A stretch of 64,000 nucleotides of DNA from Octopus vulgaris (GCA_951406725.2 OX597833.1:6138001-6202000); one strand, 5' to 3'; positions 1-11,960 are shown, counted from the first letter of the stretch. The notes: a model not told the origin generated them from the letters alone. Made by a program: numbers and translations.

Positions 1-177
1 GGTTGGATTCATTAATTAAAAATAAATTAATTAAAACGAATGAAGTTACATATAATGCGTAATGTGTAGGGGATAGATATTTTAATCTACCAACTATATT
101 AAGCTTTGCTTCGCTTCACATTAATACAGAACTTAACCTTTTCTCAAGAATTTATATAAATATTTCAACCTTAACAG

Positions 178-266
178 ACGGGACAAGTCCCCATTCTGCG
201 AGGAACGCTGTTGAGGAGAAGCTACTGAAGGAGACAAATGGTGAAATCATTGACAATGAGAATACG
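178..266 (+). CDS. Gene A exon 4 (central cytoplasmic loop)
   Basis: aacag|AC GGG ACA ... AAT ACG|gtgaga. Same phases and same terminal NT codons as gene C exon 4. Confidence 0.75.
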
Positions 267-1049
267 GTGAGACAGAGAATATTTACAAGTTTGTTAACCG
301 CATAGAAACAAAGACATTCATATGCTCCAACGTAAAATGCTTAGACTTAGCAATAAGTATTTCAATACAAAACCACATCAATTATTTATGCACCTACGTA
401 CAGACACGCACAACAATAAATATAACTACACGAATAATGGATGAATGAAGCACTCCGTCGGTTACGAGGACGAGGGTTCCGGTTGATCCGAATCAACGGA
501 ACAGCCTGCTCGTGAAATTAACGTGTAAGTGGCTGAGCACTCCACAGACACGTGTACCCTTAACGTAGTTCTCGGGTATATTCAGCGTGACACAGAGAGT
601 GAAATACAGGTACAACAGAAACAGGAAGTAAGAGTGAGAGAAAGTTGTGGTAAAAGAGTACAGCAGGGATCACCACCATCCCCTGCCGGAGCCTCGTGGA
701 GCTTTAGGTGTTTTCGCTCAATAAACACTTACAACGCCCGGTCTGGGAATCGAAACCGCGATCCTATGACCGCGAGTCCGCTGCCCTAACCACTGGGTCA
801 TTGCGCCTCCACACACGAATAATACCAGGATAAGCGCATATATCAATGTGGAAACATATGTAGAAATCTAGATACACAAATATCAATGCAGACCTGTTGA
901 TAATATAATAAACACATTATTACCAGTACAGATACATAGAGAAGATTACATTGTTTTACACCATTTTATTCGTTTAGAATAATACCAATGATATCTTCGA
1001 AACATGTGTCGGAAGTAAAAGAATTTGAATAACACCTGCGTTTAACTCC

Positions 1050-1101
<52 letters not shown>

Positions 1102-1411
1102 ATAATAAAATAGGGTAATAATAATAAATTATTATTACCAGTGGCCTAGCACAAAAGACGAATTAGTCATTAGACTATATATTATTCATATAGAAATACA
1201 ATAAGAGGCTTCCAAATAAGGAAGCGTTGTGCTAGAACACAAAAAGGGATAAATTCATGAAAGGAATGAAGATTAAAAACATTTACCATCTCAGCTATAT
1301 CCCAGACCGACGGTTTCTAACTATTTTCAGCAAACAAACAAAATATATTTCATGAATTTATCCTTTTTTGTGTTCTAGCACAACACTTCCTTATTTGGAA
1401 GGCTCTTATTG

Positions 1412-1463
<52 letters not shown>

Positions 1464-2519
1464 TAGTCTCTTGAGGTCCAAGAAAAACGGTTCTGCTATT
1501 AACATTAACATAACGGATAGACATTAACATAAATGGATTGTTATATATAAAATAATATATATTTCAATATTTATCGAAGATTAAGGCAGTGAGTTGGTAG
1601 AAACGTTGCGTACTGGGGTCGATGTAATCGACTGGGCCCCTCCCCCAAAAACTTCGGGCCTTGAACCTAGAGAAGAAAAGAATATTCATCGAAGATTAAG
1701 ACGGCGAGCTGGCAGAAACGTTAGTACGCCGGGCGAAATGCTTAGCTGTATTTTGTCTGCCGTTATGTTCTGAGTTCAAATTCCGTCGAGGTCAACTTTG
1801 CCTTTCATCCTTTCGGGGTCGATAAATTAAGTACCACTTACGCACTGGGGTCAGTATAATTGACTTAACCCGTTTGTCTGTCCTTGTTTGTCCTCTCTGT
1901 GTTTAGCCCCATGTGGGTAGTAAAGAAATAGGTATTTCGTCTGCCGTTACGTTCTGACTTCAAATTCCGCTGAGGTCAACTTTGCCTTTCATCTTTTCGG
2001 GGTCGATTAAATAAGTACCAGTTACGCATTGGGGTCGATGTAATCAACTTAATCCCTTTGTCTGTCCTTGTTTGTCCCCTCTATGTTTAGCCCCTTGTGG
2101 GCAATAAAGAAGTAAGAAACGTTAGCACACCGGGCGAAATGCTTAGTGGTATTTCCTCTGGCTTTACGTTCTGAGTTCACAACCCACCAAAGTCCGCTTT
2201 GCCTTTCATCATTTCGGGGTCCATAAATTAAGTACCAGTTGCGTACTGGAATCGATGTAATGGATTGGCCCCACCCCCAAAATTTTGGGCCTTGTACCTA
2301 AAGTAGAAAAGAATATTTATCGATGATCTCTGTTTCAAATTTCAGAAAAGTCTTTTGGCAGCTGAAGAAAATGGTATGAAGAACGAATTAATTCCAGAGA
2401 AACAGAAAATCGACGGAAGTTTAATCCTGAAGCGATGTTTTGAAATAATTGGCGTGGAACTTTTTAAAAATGCTAACTTTATGTTGCTGGTTACATGCTA
2501 CGTTCTCTTTGCGTGTGAG

Positions 2520-2570
<51 letters not shown>

Positions 2571-2573
2571 CGT

Positions 2574-2657
<84 letters not shown>

Positions 2658-2856
2658 TACTACTTCCCAAAAATTGCTGTTATGACTACTACTGCACATA
2701 CCCACACATCCCACACAGCCGCGTATATTTGATTCTATGTGTGTGCGATATTTATGTGTGTGTGTGTATGTATGTATATTTGTGTGTGTGTAAGAGATAA
2801 TGTACATAGACACACACACACTTATATATATATGTATATATATATGTGTATATGTA

Positions 2857-2910
<54 letters not shown>

Positions 2911-4563
2911 TTCCTTTATTCTTTTATTTGTTTCGGTCATTTGACTGCGGCCATGCTGGAGCACCGCATTTAGTCGAACAAATCGACCCCAACACTTATT
3001 CTTTGTAAGACTAGTACTTATTCTATCAGTCTCTTGGGCCGAGCCGCTAAGTTACGGGAACATAGACATGCCACCATCTGTTGCCGTCACTACAGAGCCT
3101 GCGTAGACGGAGGAATTGGGAATAGGGGATGGAAAGCTTGGTGTGTTTAGGGTGGGAGGAAGAGAAGCTGAGGTGTGAGTGTGAGTCTGTGTGTTTGTAG
3201 TGGATGGAGGTGGTAAGAGTGGAATGATAAATGCTGACCGAAATGTCAAGATATGAGACAGGAGTGTCAGAGATAGTGCAGGAGAAGTGGAGGGCAAGAT
3301 GGAAAAATTTGACAAAAGAGAGGAAGGAGTCTTGATGTTCGCGGGTGAGGGAGGTTGCACCAATACAGTTGTCAATATATCGTCCATATAGTTCGGTAGT
3401 GAGACCACTGAAACTTGAGAATATTTTAGCCTCAACGTAGCCAACGAGCAGGTTCGCATAGTTGGGGCCCATTCTCCTTCCCATGGCCACTCCCGAGACT
3501 TGCTTGTAGAAATCACCCGCGAACAAGAAGCAGTTGAGTGAGAGGACAAGTTCGGCCAGACGAACGAGTGTGGATGTGTCAGGTTGGGGATTGGGTCGAA
3601 GGTGAAGGAAATGTTGGAGTGCACGCAGCCCCTCATATGTATATATATATATATTATTCATATAAAATACCGTGTACATTAAAATACATTAAAAGGCTTC
3701 CATCATAGGAATGCCTAGCGAAAGAAAGAACAGTTAAAGTTCAAGCCACTAATTAGGGATAAATTCTCGAAGTCAGAAACCATTGTCCGGGAATTGAATT
3801 AGATGGTAAATGTTTTTATTTTTCATTCCCTTCGAGAATTTATCCCTAATTAGTGGCCTGAACTTTAACTGTTCTTTCTAGCGCAAGGCATTCCTATGAT
3901 GGAAGCCTCTTTATGTGTTTTAATGTACACTGTATTTTATATGAATAATATATAGTCTATTGGCTAAATTTCTTTGTGCTAGACCACTGGTAATAAAAAA
4001 ATTTCTATAATTTATTGTCACCCTGATATTATATATATGTAGATATATGTTTCTTCTATTTCAGATACGGTAATAATGATGACTTATATACCCCCGATGT
4101 GTGTTTGGTCGTTTGGAATGAGCCAAAGGAAGTCAGCAATTTTGGTTACGCTTCATGGATTATTCGCAATAGTTGGGGAACTGTCATTCGGTGTTTTCAT
4201 GGATCTGCTTCATTTTACAAGCGCCAAAATTTTCATCTTCGCTCTGTTGTTACTCTCCTCCAGTGCCTTTTTGATGCCGCACTGCGATCAATTTGAATAC
4301 ATCGCTCCTCTGGTTTGCATGGTTGGATTATCAATTGGTAAGTTTTTCTTTTTAAATCTGTTTTCATTATTTGTTCGAGAAGACGCTCCAAAGCTATATC
4401 CCAGTATAACCACAGTCCAATGACTGCAACAAATAAATGATGAAAGGCAAAAGATTATAATGTGATGGTGATGGAAACGGCTGTAGAGAATAACAAATGA
4501 TTAAAAAAATCACAAAGACGCATACATACATATATGCATACATATATACATATACATATATAC

Positions 4564-4635
<72 letters not shown>

Positions 4636-4999
4636 AAAAGGAATTACAACCTTGTCTGATTTTCACGTTTTATTTACAATCTTATAATGATATATTATAA
4701 GATAATATATTATAATTGAATAAAATAAAATGAAATGGTAGAATGTTAAATGTTCATTCTGATTGAACTAGTACTTTCATGCATTGAATTCTGCAATCTT
4801 CGGGTTCATGTAGTAGTGTTGACAGTCATGCTTCACAATTTTTGACTGTAGCAAGATGATTGATTCTGTGCTATAAATACAGCTGGGTAGGCTATATATA
4901 TATATATATATATATATAATACAAAATGGGACAAGAACGCAAAACATACGGAGTTAGGTGATACAAAAACGGGATAACAATAGACGATACAAAGAAAAC

Positions 5000-5066
<67 letters not shown>

Positions 5067-5107
5067 CATACATACATACATACATACATAGACAGATAGA
5101 TAGATAA

Positions 5108-5198
<91 letters not shown>

Positions 5199-8088
5199 TA
5201 TTACGAGCTTCCTTCAGTTTCCGTCTACCAAATTCACTCGTAAAACTTTGGCCGGCCTGGGGTTATAGTAGAAGACGCTTACTCAATGTACCACGCAGCG
5301 AGACTGAAACCAGAACCATGTGGTTTGGAATGGCAATTTTCTTACCAAAAAGCCACGCCTGAGCCAACGTATTCTGAGAAAAGATGTTAATCTGCCGTAC
5401 ATTATATTGGGTTCGGTTTTCTCAACCAGATAAGTAATTAGGTTCATGAGAGAGGAAAGTATTTTCAGGGGATAAATGTTAATCTGACGTACGTTATGCA
5501 GAGTTCCTTTTAAGGAATAAAATATTGGGTTTTGAATGACATGTTTTTTTTTTACTATTTTATTTTCTCTTCAGGGCTTATCGTATCCCTCCGACTCATC
5601 CTCACCACAGAAATAGCGAGTAAAGAACACGCGACAAAAGCTTACAGCATTCTGAGTTTCATCAGTGGAATTTCATATTTTACTTCTTCTCCTCTCATTG
5701 GTAAGTTTATTGATATTATTGAATTCATTTTGGTAAATTAAGAAGTAATATAACCGAACCGACAAAATATGGGCCTTCAATAACGGTCATGTCTTCTGAT
5801 TCGTGTGAATAAGGAATATTTTCTTCTACACTGAGCACAAGGCCCGGAATTTTTGGAGTGGGGGCAAGTCGATTATCTCGACCCCAGTACGTAACTGGTA
5901 TTTAATTTATCGACCCCGAAAGGAGGAAAGACAAAGTCGACCACGGCGGAATTTGAACTCAGAACATAAAGACAGACGAAATACCTATTTCTTTACTACC
6001 CACAAGGGGGTAAACACAGAGCGGACAAATAAGGACAGACAAAGGGATTAAGTCGATTACATCGACTCCAGTGCGTAACTGGTACTTATTTAATCGACCC
6101 CGAAAGGATGAAAGGCAAAGTCGACCTCGGTGAAATTTGAACTCAGAACATAAAGACAGACGAAATTCTGCTAAGCATTTCGCCCGGCGTGCTAACGGTT
6201 CTGCCAGCTCGCTGCCTTATGAATGAGGGATATTCGTATACGTTAACCCCACGTTTCTCTCTTTCAGAAAAATAATTTATAAATTAAGCCGAAACATCGG
6301 TGTCTAATAATCTCTCAATTTCAATGGAACCTGATATATTTCTACACAAATTCTATAGGGAAATGTTGTTCGAAAAGAACATCCTACAAAGAATGCCTTT
6401 CATGTTAAAAATAAATGTTAAAAATAAATGGGCAACTATTAATAATAAATATGCTTTTCGTCTTGGAACTCATGCTTGTCCAATTCTTAAGACAAAAAAT
6501 ATTTGTCATTTATTGATATTTCTGGAGTGATCAACTTAACCTTTCTTCTCTTCAGATCGATAAAATAAAAACCCAATGGAGCACTGGGACCAATCTAATC
6601 AAACGAAGATGATTGATATAGTAAACCTGCTGTTCAATAGACACTAGAGTCAATAGTATGTGTTAAAAATTCTCGACTAGCAAGCATTATATCAAATAAT
6701 AACAAGGCAGCGAGCTGGCAGAATCGTTAGCACGCCGGGCGAAATGCTTAGCAGTATTTCATCTGCCGCTACGTTCTGAGATCAAATTCTGAGGTCGACT
6801 TTGCCTTTCATCCTTTCGGGGTCGATTAAATAAATACCAGTTACGCACTGGGGTCTATGTAATCGACTTAATCCCTTTGTCTGTCCTTGTTTGTCCCCTC
6901 TGTGTTTAGCCCCTTGTGGGTAGTAAAGAAATAGGTATTTCGTCTGTCTTTACGTTCTGAGTTCAAATTCCGCCGAGGTCGACTTTGCCTTTCATCCTTT
7001 CGGGGTCTATTAAATAAATACCAGTTACGCACTGGGGTCGATCTAATCGACTACCCCCTTCCCCCATATTTCAGGCCTTATGTCTCTAGTAGCAAGCATT
7101 ATATCAAGTAATAACAATATTTGTCTGGAGTTGAAGTCAATTCAAAGAATGGACTGATACATTTTATCTACAGCGCATGACGGCGCATGGCTTAGTGATT
7201 AGGGTAGTCGTGTGTTCGATTCCTGATGGTACGTTGCAAAACACTTTATTACACCTTACTCCAATCCACTCAGCTGGCAAAAATGAGTTGTACCTGGATT
7301 TCAAAGGGACAGCTTTGTCACATTCTGTGTCACACTGAATCTCCCTGAGAACTACGTTAATGGTACATGTGTCTGTGGAGTACTCAGCCACTTGCATGTT
7401 AATTTCACGAGCAGGTTGTTCCGTTGATCGGATCAACTAGAATATCCGTCGTCGAAACCGACGGAATGCTAGTTTAATTTATTTAGGTGAGAAATGTTTT
7501 TTTAATTGAAATAATTAATCATTTACCTGAATCATTTATCAATGTATGGTCTGTAAAATACCAGTTATATACTAAGGTCTGTACCATTGTAATTGACTTT
7601 ATCAAGTTTCCTTTTCATGAAAAGAGCTTTTTTTATAATTAATATTCGAAAGATTTAATAACGTGGAATAAAATCAATTTATGCAAACGAAATATGAAGT
7701 TTGTTACAATTTAATGTTTTAATTAGAATTATATTTCATTGGTTGTAATTAACAAAAAATATATATACATTTTAATTAAAGAATTAATGAGCTTATGATT
7801 AGTATTTGACTGAATATTAACAATCAATTAATATCTGAAAGAACTAATGCGGTTGAGTAGCATCAATTTTTGTAAACGAAGTATTAATTTATTTGCAGTT
7901 TAATAAATGAATTGCTTTTCATTTCAGGATCGATTTTCGATACCACGAAATCGTTTTTGATTGTTTTCTACGGAGGTGGAGTCTGCGCACTGATTGCAAT
8001 AATATTATTTCTGTTCATTACCTACCGTGATAGATGTTGCAAAAAATGTCTACAAAAAAAGTCTACAGGAATAAACTCTAGTCCCTAA
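178..8088 (+). CDS. SLC16/MCT-like MFS transporter paralog A, 3' part (exons 4-8; exons 1-3 upstream of window)
   Basis: Exons 178-266, 2346-2514, 4065-4337, 5575-5700 and 7928-8088 all have canonical AG/GT boundaries and compatible phases. The 273 and 126 bp exons match paralogs B and C. Ends ...[13 protein letters not shown]. Confidence 0.88.
439..812 (-). mobile_element. tRNA-derived SINE family 1 (Deu/Nin-like domain)
   Basis: tRNA-like head GGAGGCGCAATG..GGTTTCGATTCCC, TTAATTTCACGAGCAGGCTG motif and 11-bp TSD ACACGAATAAT. Confidence 0.88.
1105..1422 (-). mobile_element. Non-coding PLE/retrozyme-like 3' end with inverted duplication
   Basis: 75-bp inverted arms at 1188-1262 / 1348-1422. 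The spacer holds a hammerhead 3' half (GAAACCGTCGGTC). The tail is homologous to 3930-4030. Flanked by (TA)n. Confidence 0.65.
1582..2316 (+). mobile_element. SINE family 2, nested/multimeric
   Basis: GGCGAGCTGGCAGAAACGTTAG head and repeated GCCTTTCATCCTTTCGGGGTCGATAAATTAAGTACC core. Confidence 0.85.
2346..2514 (+). CDS. Gene A exon 5
   Basis: ttcag|AAA AGT ... [24 protein letters not shown]|gtgagt. Confidence 0.85.
2520..2663. repeat. (TAC)n microsatellite
   Basis: Starts directly after the gene A exon 5 donor. Confidence 0.97.
3085..3636 (-). mobile_element. Penelope-like element reverse transcriptase fragment
   Basis: [23 protein letters not shown] (decayed YIDD), [34 protein letters not shown] are PLE RT motifs. 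Confidence 0.88.
3648..4030 (+). mobile_element. Non-coding PLE/retrozyme-like 3' end with inverted duplication
   Basis: 125-bp inverted arms at 3648-3772 / 3830-3954. The spacer starts GAAACCATTGTC. Tail ...CTAGACCACTGGT...ACCCTGATATT. Flanked by (TA)n. Confidence 0.65.
4065..4337 (+). CDS. Gene A exon 6 (TM7-TM10)
   Basis: tttcag|AT ... [20 protein letters not shown] ... GLSI G|gtaagt; 273 bp. Confidence 0.9.
5575..5700 (+). CDS. Gene A exon 7
   Basis: ttcag|[26 protein letters not shown] ... SPLI G|gtaagt; 126 bp. Confidence 0.9.
5815..6220 (-). mobile_element. SINE family 2 dimer
   Basis: Same consensus on the reverse strand. Confidence 0.85.
6704..7110 (+). mobile_element. SINE family 2 dimer
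   Basis: Same consensus. Confidence 0.85.
7928..8088 (+). CDS. Gene A exon 8 (last; TM12)
   Basis: tttcag|[19 protein letters not shown] ...; TAA at 8086-8088. Not in the ORF track. Confidence 0.87.
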
Positions 8089-8649
8089 CGTTTTGTTACT
8101 GCTGTGTTAATTCATAACATTCCTGTTACAACTTACGATTTATAAAAGAATGATGGGACGTTTAAAGAATCTCGTTTGGTGTAGCAGAAGGCACCAAACA
8201 CAATTCGATTTATGTTGGTTTCACAACAGAACAATTAAACAAAAGAATCGAACAGAATAACAATGGTTTGACAGAACTTGCCTAACATTTAACATCTAAA
8301 GGCTTTAATTTTGAGGAACACCTGAAAGTCCAGAATCTCAGAAAATATTCTTGCTCTAATACACTTTGTCCCCGAAACACAAGAAGATAAATATACATGT
8401 GAATGTCTAACATTACGCGTTCGAGGAATGAATAAAATGACGGGTAAATTTCATCGCATTTACACAAAACTATTTGATAATATGGTTGTATACTGTCAAT
8501 CTAACACGAACGTGACGGTAGGGGGGTACACCACCGCTGTATAGCCCTAGGAAGCATCGATGCCTCCTGATGGCTTTGACACATTTTTCCCTGTGTCCTT
8601 ATATACATTTACGAAGGGGAGACAAACACCCCCGGCCGCCGAAGCTGCA

Positions 8650-8694
8650 TCTAGGGACACGTGTTTCAGGATCATTGTCCTTCATCGGCCTAGA
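8650..8694 (-). ncRNA. Type I hammerhead ribozyme motif, CCGAUGA core variant
   Basis: TCTAGG-CCGATGA-AGGA caatga TCCT-GAAA-CACGTG-TC-CCTAGA. Confidence 0.75.
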
Positions 8695-9099
8695 GTAGCA
8701 GACACCGGTCGGCTGGCGATATTTGTCTCGACTTCGTATTGTATATATCTATAATTCAGTGAAGTCTATTCACTGAGAAATTTAGTATTTCTTATTTGAT
8801 AATGTGTTCTGTTTTGTTTCCTTTTTTTTCTTTCTTTTTCTTTTGTTATCAGTTATGAAAAAGTGAAAAATGATGACGACATTTTGTCTGAAAAAAAAAA
8901 TAATATAAACATAATATTCCTGTTCGTATTTTGAATTTTTGTATTCCTACGTTCTTTTCATTTTACATTTTGAACCCGAGGAAGACAGATACTTTGTCGA
9001 AGCAAAGCTCACTTCGTTTCATTCAATAAACAGAGTCAATCTCAATTCATTACAAATCGCATCGCGATCGTCTTATTATTATTATTATTATTCAGTAGT

Positions 9100-9372
9100 T
9101 TTATTTTTTATAGCGTGCTTTCACTTCACTACCGAGCGCAGCTCTGTGTGCCTTGGGTATGTGCTGTGATTTGTTGTGATGCTCTGATGGTTACTGTATG
9201 GAAAGTGTTCTGCGTAGGATTGTGTGCAGTGCCTAGTAGTGCAATTTTCTGTATGTTATATGTGTTTGTAAGTCCTGGTGTTTTTGTTATGTATTTGTCT
9301 GAATATTTTTTTATTATGCCTAATGCACCTACTATGATAGGAATTGTTTCTGTTTTTAGATTCCACATTCTG
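9100..9372 (-). mobile_element. R4/Dong-like non-LTR retrotransposon 3' end
   Basis: MWNLKTETIPIIVGALG...IQKIALLGTAH is typical of the RLE C-terminus. Embedded in (ATT)n arrays. Confidence 0.75.
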
Positions 9373-9431
<59 letters not shown>

Positions 9432-9960
9432 GGTAGCGAGATGGAAGAATCATTAGCGCGCTGAACGAAATACTTAGCGGTATTTCGACCGTCGCTACTT
9501 TCTGAGTTCAAATTCAGCCGAGGACCACTTTACTTTTCATCTTCTCGGGGTCGATAAATGAAGTACCAGTGAAACACTGGGGTCGATGTATCTCTCCCCT
9601 CAAATTCCAGGCTTTGTGCTTTTAGTAGAAAGGATTATTTGCCGCCGGGCACTGGAGCAGCATCAAATGAAAGTGCTTTGCTCGAGCACAATGCAATGCA
9701 CCGTCCTGGAATCGAAACCACGATCGAGCGGTCGTCAGTGCCTCTTTACCTCCCCCTCCTTCTCAAACTTTTTCTTCTTTCTTCTCCCTTGCTTGGAAAA
9801 CCCCACAATATTTTTTCTATATATAAAAAAGCCAAGAAATCTCACTTTAAACCACTTTTTGATAAATTCGATAACGGAAGAAAGCGCTAAAAGTGTAACT
9901 AAAATGTAAATAAAAATATATATAATCATCCAACATTCTGACTACTTTATAATTCTAAAT

Positions 9961-10021
<61 letters not shown>

Positions 10022-10181
10022 AAACTATGTATGTACTTTATATACCATGGAGAATTTCGTTAATATGGATTGAATGAATGAATATATACATCGGCCTTTG
10101 AATTTGGGTTCTCCTCTCCTTAATGTTATATATATATACACACACATATAGCCTATTGTGTGTGTATATATATAGACACAA

Positions 10182-10212
<31 letters not shown>

Positions 10213-10655
10213 GATAGATAGATATTATTATTTGATAACGAAAGTTAAATAAGGAAAACAAAAAAATTTTTATGCAATGTACTTTTTCGGGAATTCAATA
10301 AAGTCGGCGGATCGAATGAAGTGAGGCCGATGGCCGTAGTTTGCCAAATTCTGTTCTAAATTGTTCGAAATTGCTGATTGCGGAGGTACCCACATTTAAG
10401 GATACAACCCTTGATTCTTTAGTGGTATATTGGTGGTTTTACAAGTTAGTTTGTATAACTATGTTAAAGGTTAATATTGATAAGTAATATTCGTCGCCAC
10501 TTCAACATGGCTGTCCGTTCGAACGGACTCTGCTGCGATATTTTAACCCTAAGAGGACATCTCCTCTAGCTGGTTATTGAAACACTGCTGCATTCGATAA
10601 ATTTGCAAGCAGGGGAGCTAACTCCTACCTCTTTCTAGCGACGGGATAAACTTAC

Positions 10656-10781
10656 CCAAAAGTGGAGGGGAAGTAAGACCGGAAATTCCAGTACCGACAG
10701 ATGAGATGCAGTAAGCCTTAGGGGTTTGTTCTCGACCAACTATTTCAGAAGGGAGCACTGACCTGAGGGACACAACAAAGC
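10656..10781 (-). pseudogene. Orphan copy of SLC16 exon 7 (pseudo-exon)
   Basis: 126 bp open frame GFVVSLRSVLPSEIVGREQTPKAYCISSVGTGISGLTSPPLLG with an intact G|gtaagt donor, but the acceptor reads tttcgg instead of tttcag. No sister exons found nearby. Confidence 0.8.
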
Positions 10782-10816
10782 CCGAAATTAACGAATAATA
10801 GAAACACAAAGCATAC

Positions 10817-10822
10817 GTGTGT

Positions 10823-10889
<67 letters not shown>

Positions 10890-10892
10890 TGT

Positions 10893-10935
<43 letters not shown>

Positions 10936-10960
10936 TGTGTGTGAGTGTGTGTGTATGTCT

Positions 10961-11005
<45 letters not shown>

Positions 11006-11013
11006 TGTGTGTG

Positions 11014-11080
<67 letters not shown>

Positions 11081-11195
11081 TGTGTGTGTGTGTGTGAGTG
11101 TGTGTGTGAGTGAGTGTGTTTGTAAGTGTGTTTGTGTGTGTATGTGTGAGTGTGCGTGTGTGAGTGTGTGTGTGTGTGAGTGCGTGTGTGAGTGT

Positions 11196-11234
<39 letters not shown>

Positions 11235-11420
11235 TGAGTGTGTTTGTGTGAGTGTGTGTGTGAGTGTGTGTGTGTGTGAGTGCGTGTGTGAGTGTGTGTG
11301 AGTGTGTGTGTGAGTGTGTGTGTGTGTGTGTTTGTGAGTGTATTTGTGTGTGTGTTTGTGTGTGTGTGAGTGCGTGTGTGTGAGTGTGTGTGTGAGTGTG
11401 TGTGTGCGTGTGTGTGTATG
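10817..11420. repeat. Compound (GT)n/(GTGA) microsatellite
   Basis: Direct inspection. Confidence 0.97.
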
Positions 11421-11960
11421 CGGGTGTTGTAACTACACAAATAACACGAGTAAAATTTGAGACAAAGAAGAAAGAAACGAAAATGAAGAAGAAAAGGTAT
11501 CGGGTGGGGGGTGATGCATGCCTTGTGCACACACAAGAATAAAATATAATTTAATTTAATAAATGAATTCTCAGATGAATTCGTATTTCAACAAAATAAC
11601 ATCAGGAATTATTTCCCCTGCTTATCGTTTGTAAACAAAGACAAAAAATTCATTTTGGTTCACCCGTCTTCTAGTTTTGAAGCTAAACAAATCAAACTTT
11701 AATGAGTTCGAGCCACTCACCCAATGAGTATTTCCACTCACTTTACAAACACACAGAGAAAGACGAGCGACTACAACAACCTGCGTTCACTTAGGCGCGC
11801 AAAGGGGGAAAAAACGAAGCGCTGTCAGAAAAGTGAAAGCACGTGCCTGAAAAGCGTGGAAAACATAAAGCGGGAAAGCAAAAAACGAATAAGCGTACAA
11901 CAAAAGCATATAGAGACGTGTTTACAGAGGTATACGTATCTATCTCTATATAGATAGAGA

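Noticed and set aside
529-789. Recurrent small ORFs (MAEHSTDTC..., ...[14 protein letters not shown]..., MSSNARGT...)
   Set aside because: Chance reading frames of SINE consensus sequences.
933-1015. GAAGAT/ATCTTC stem followed by GAAACATGTGTC (similar remnants at 8975-9010, 13755-13857, 41998-42094)
   Set aside because: The CUGANGA core or stem I is not recoverable. Possibly fossil hammerheads, but not supportable as features.
2421-2819. Poly-Val, poly-Thr and poly-Tyr ORFs
   Set aside because: Different frames of the intronic (TAC)n repeat.
3047-3679. 210-aa RT ORF as a functional or domesticated gene
   Set aside because: Truncated at both ends, catalytic YIDD has become YIDN, and the N-terminus derives from the TA repeat and its flank.
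10618-11536. Long His/Thr- and Val/Cys-rich ORFs (also at 22221-22732, 26061-26716, 31976-32686, 40736-41338, 52760-53197)
   Set aside because: These are translations of stop-free dinucleotide and tetranucleotide microsatellites. Only the 126-bp exon-7 relic inside is real.
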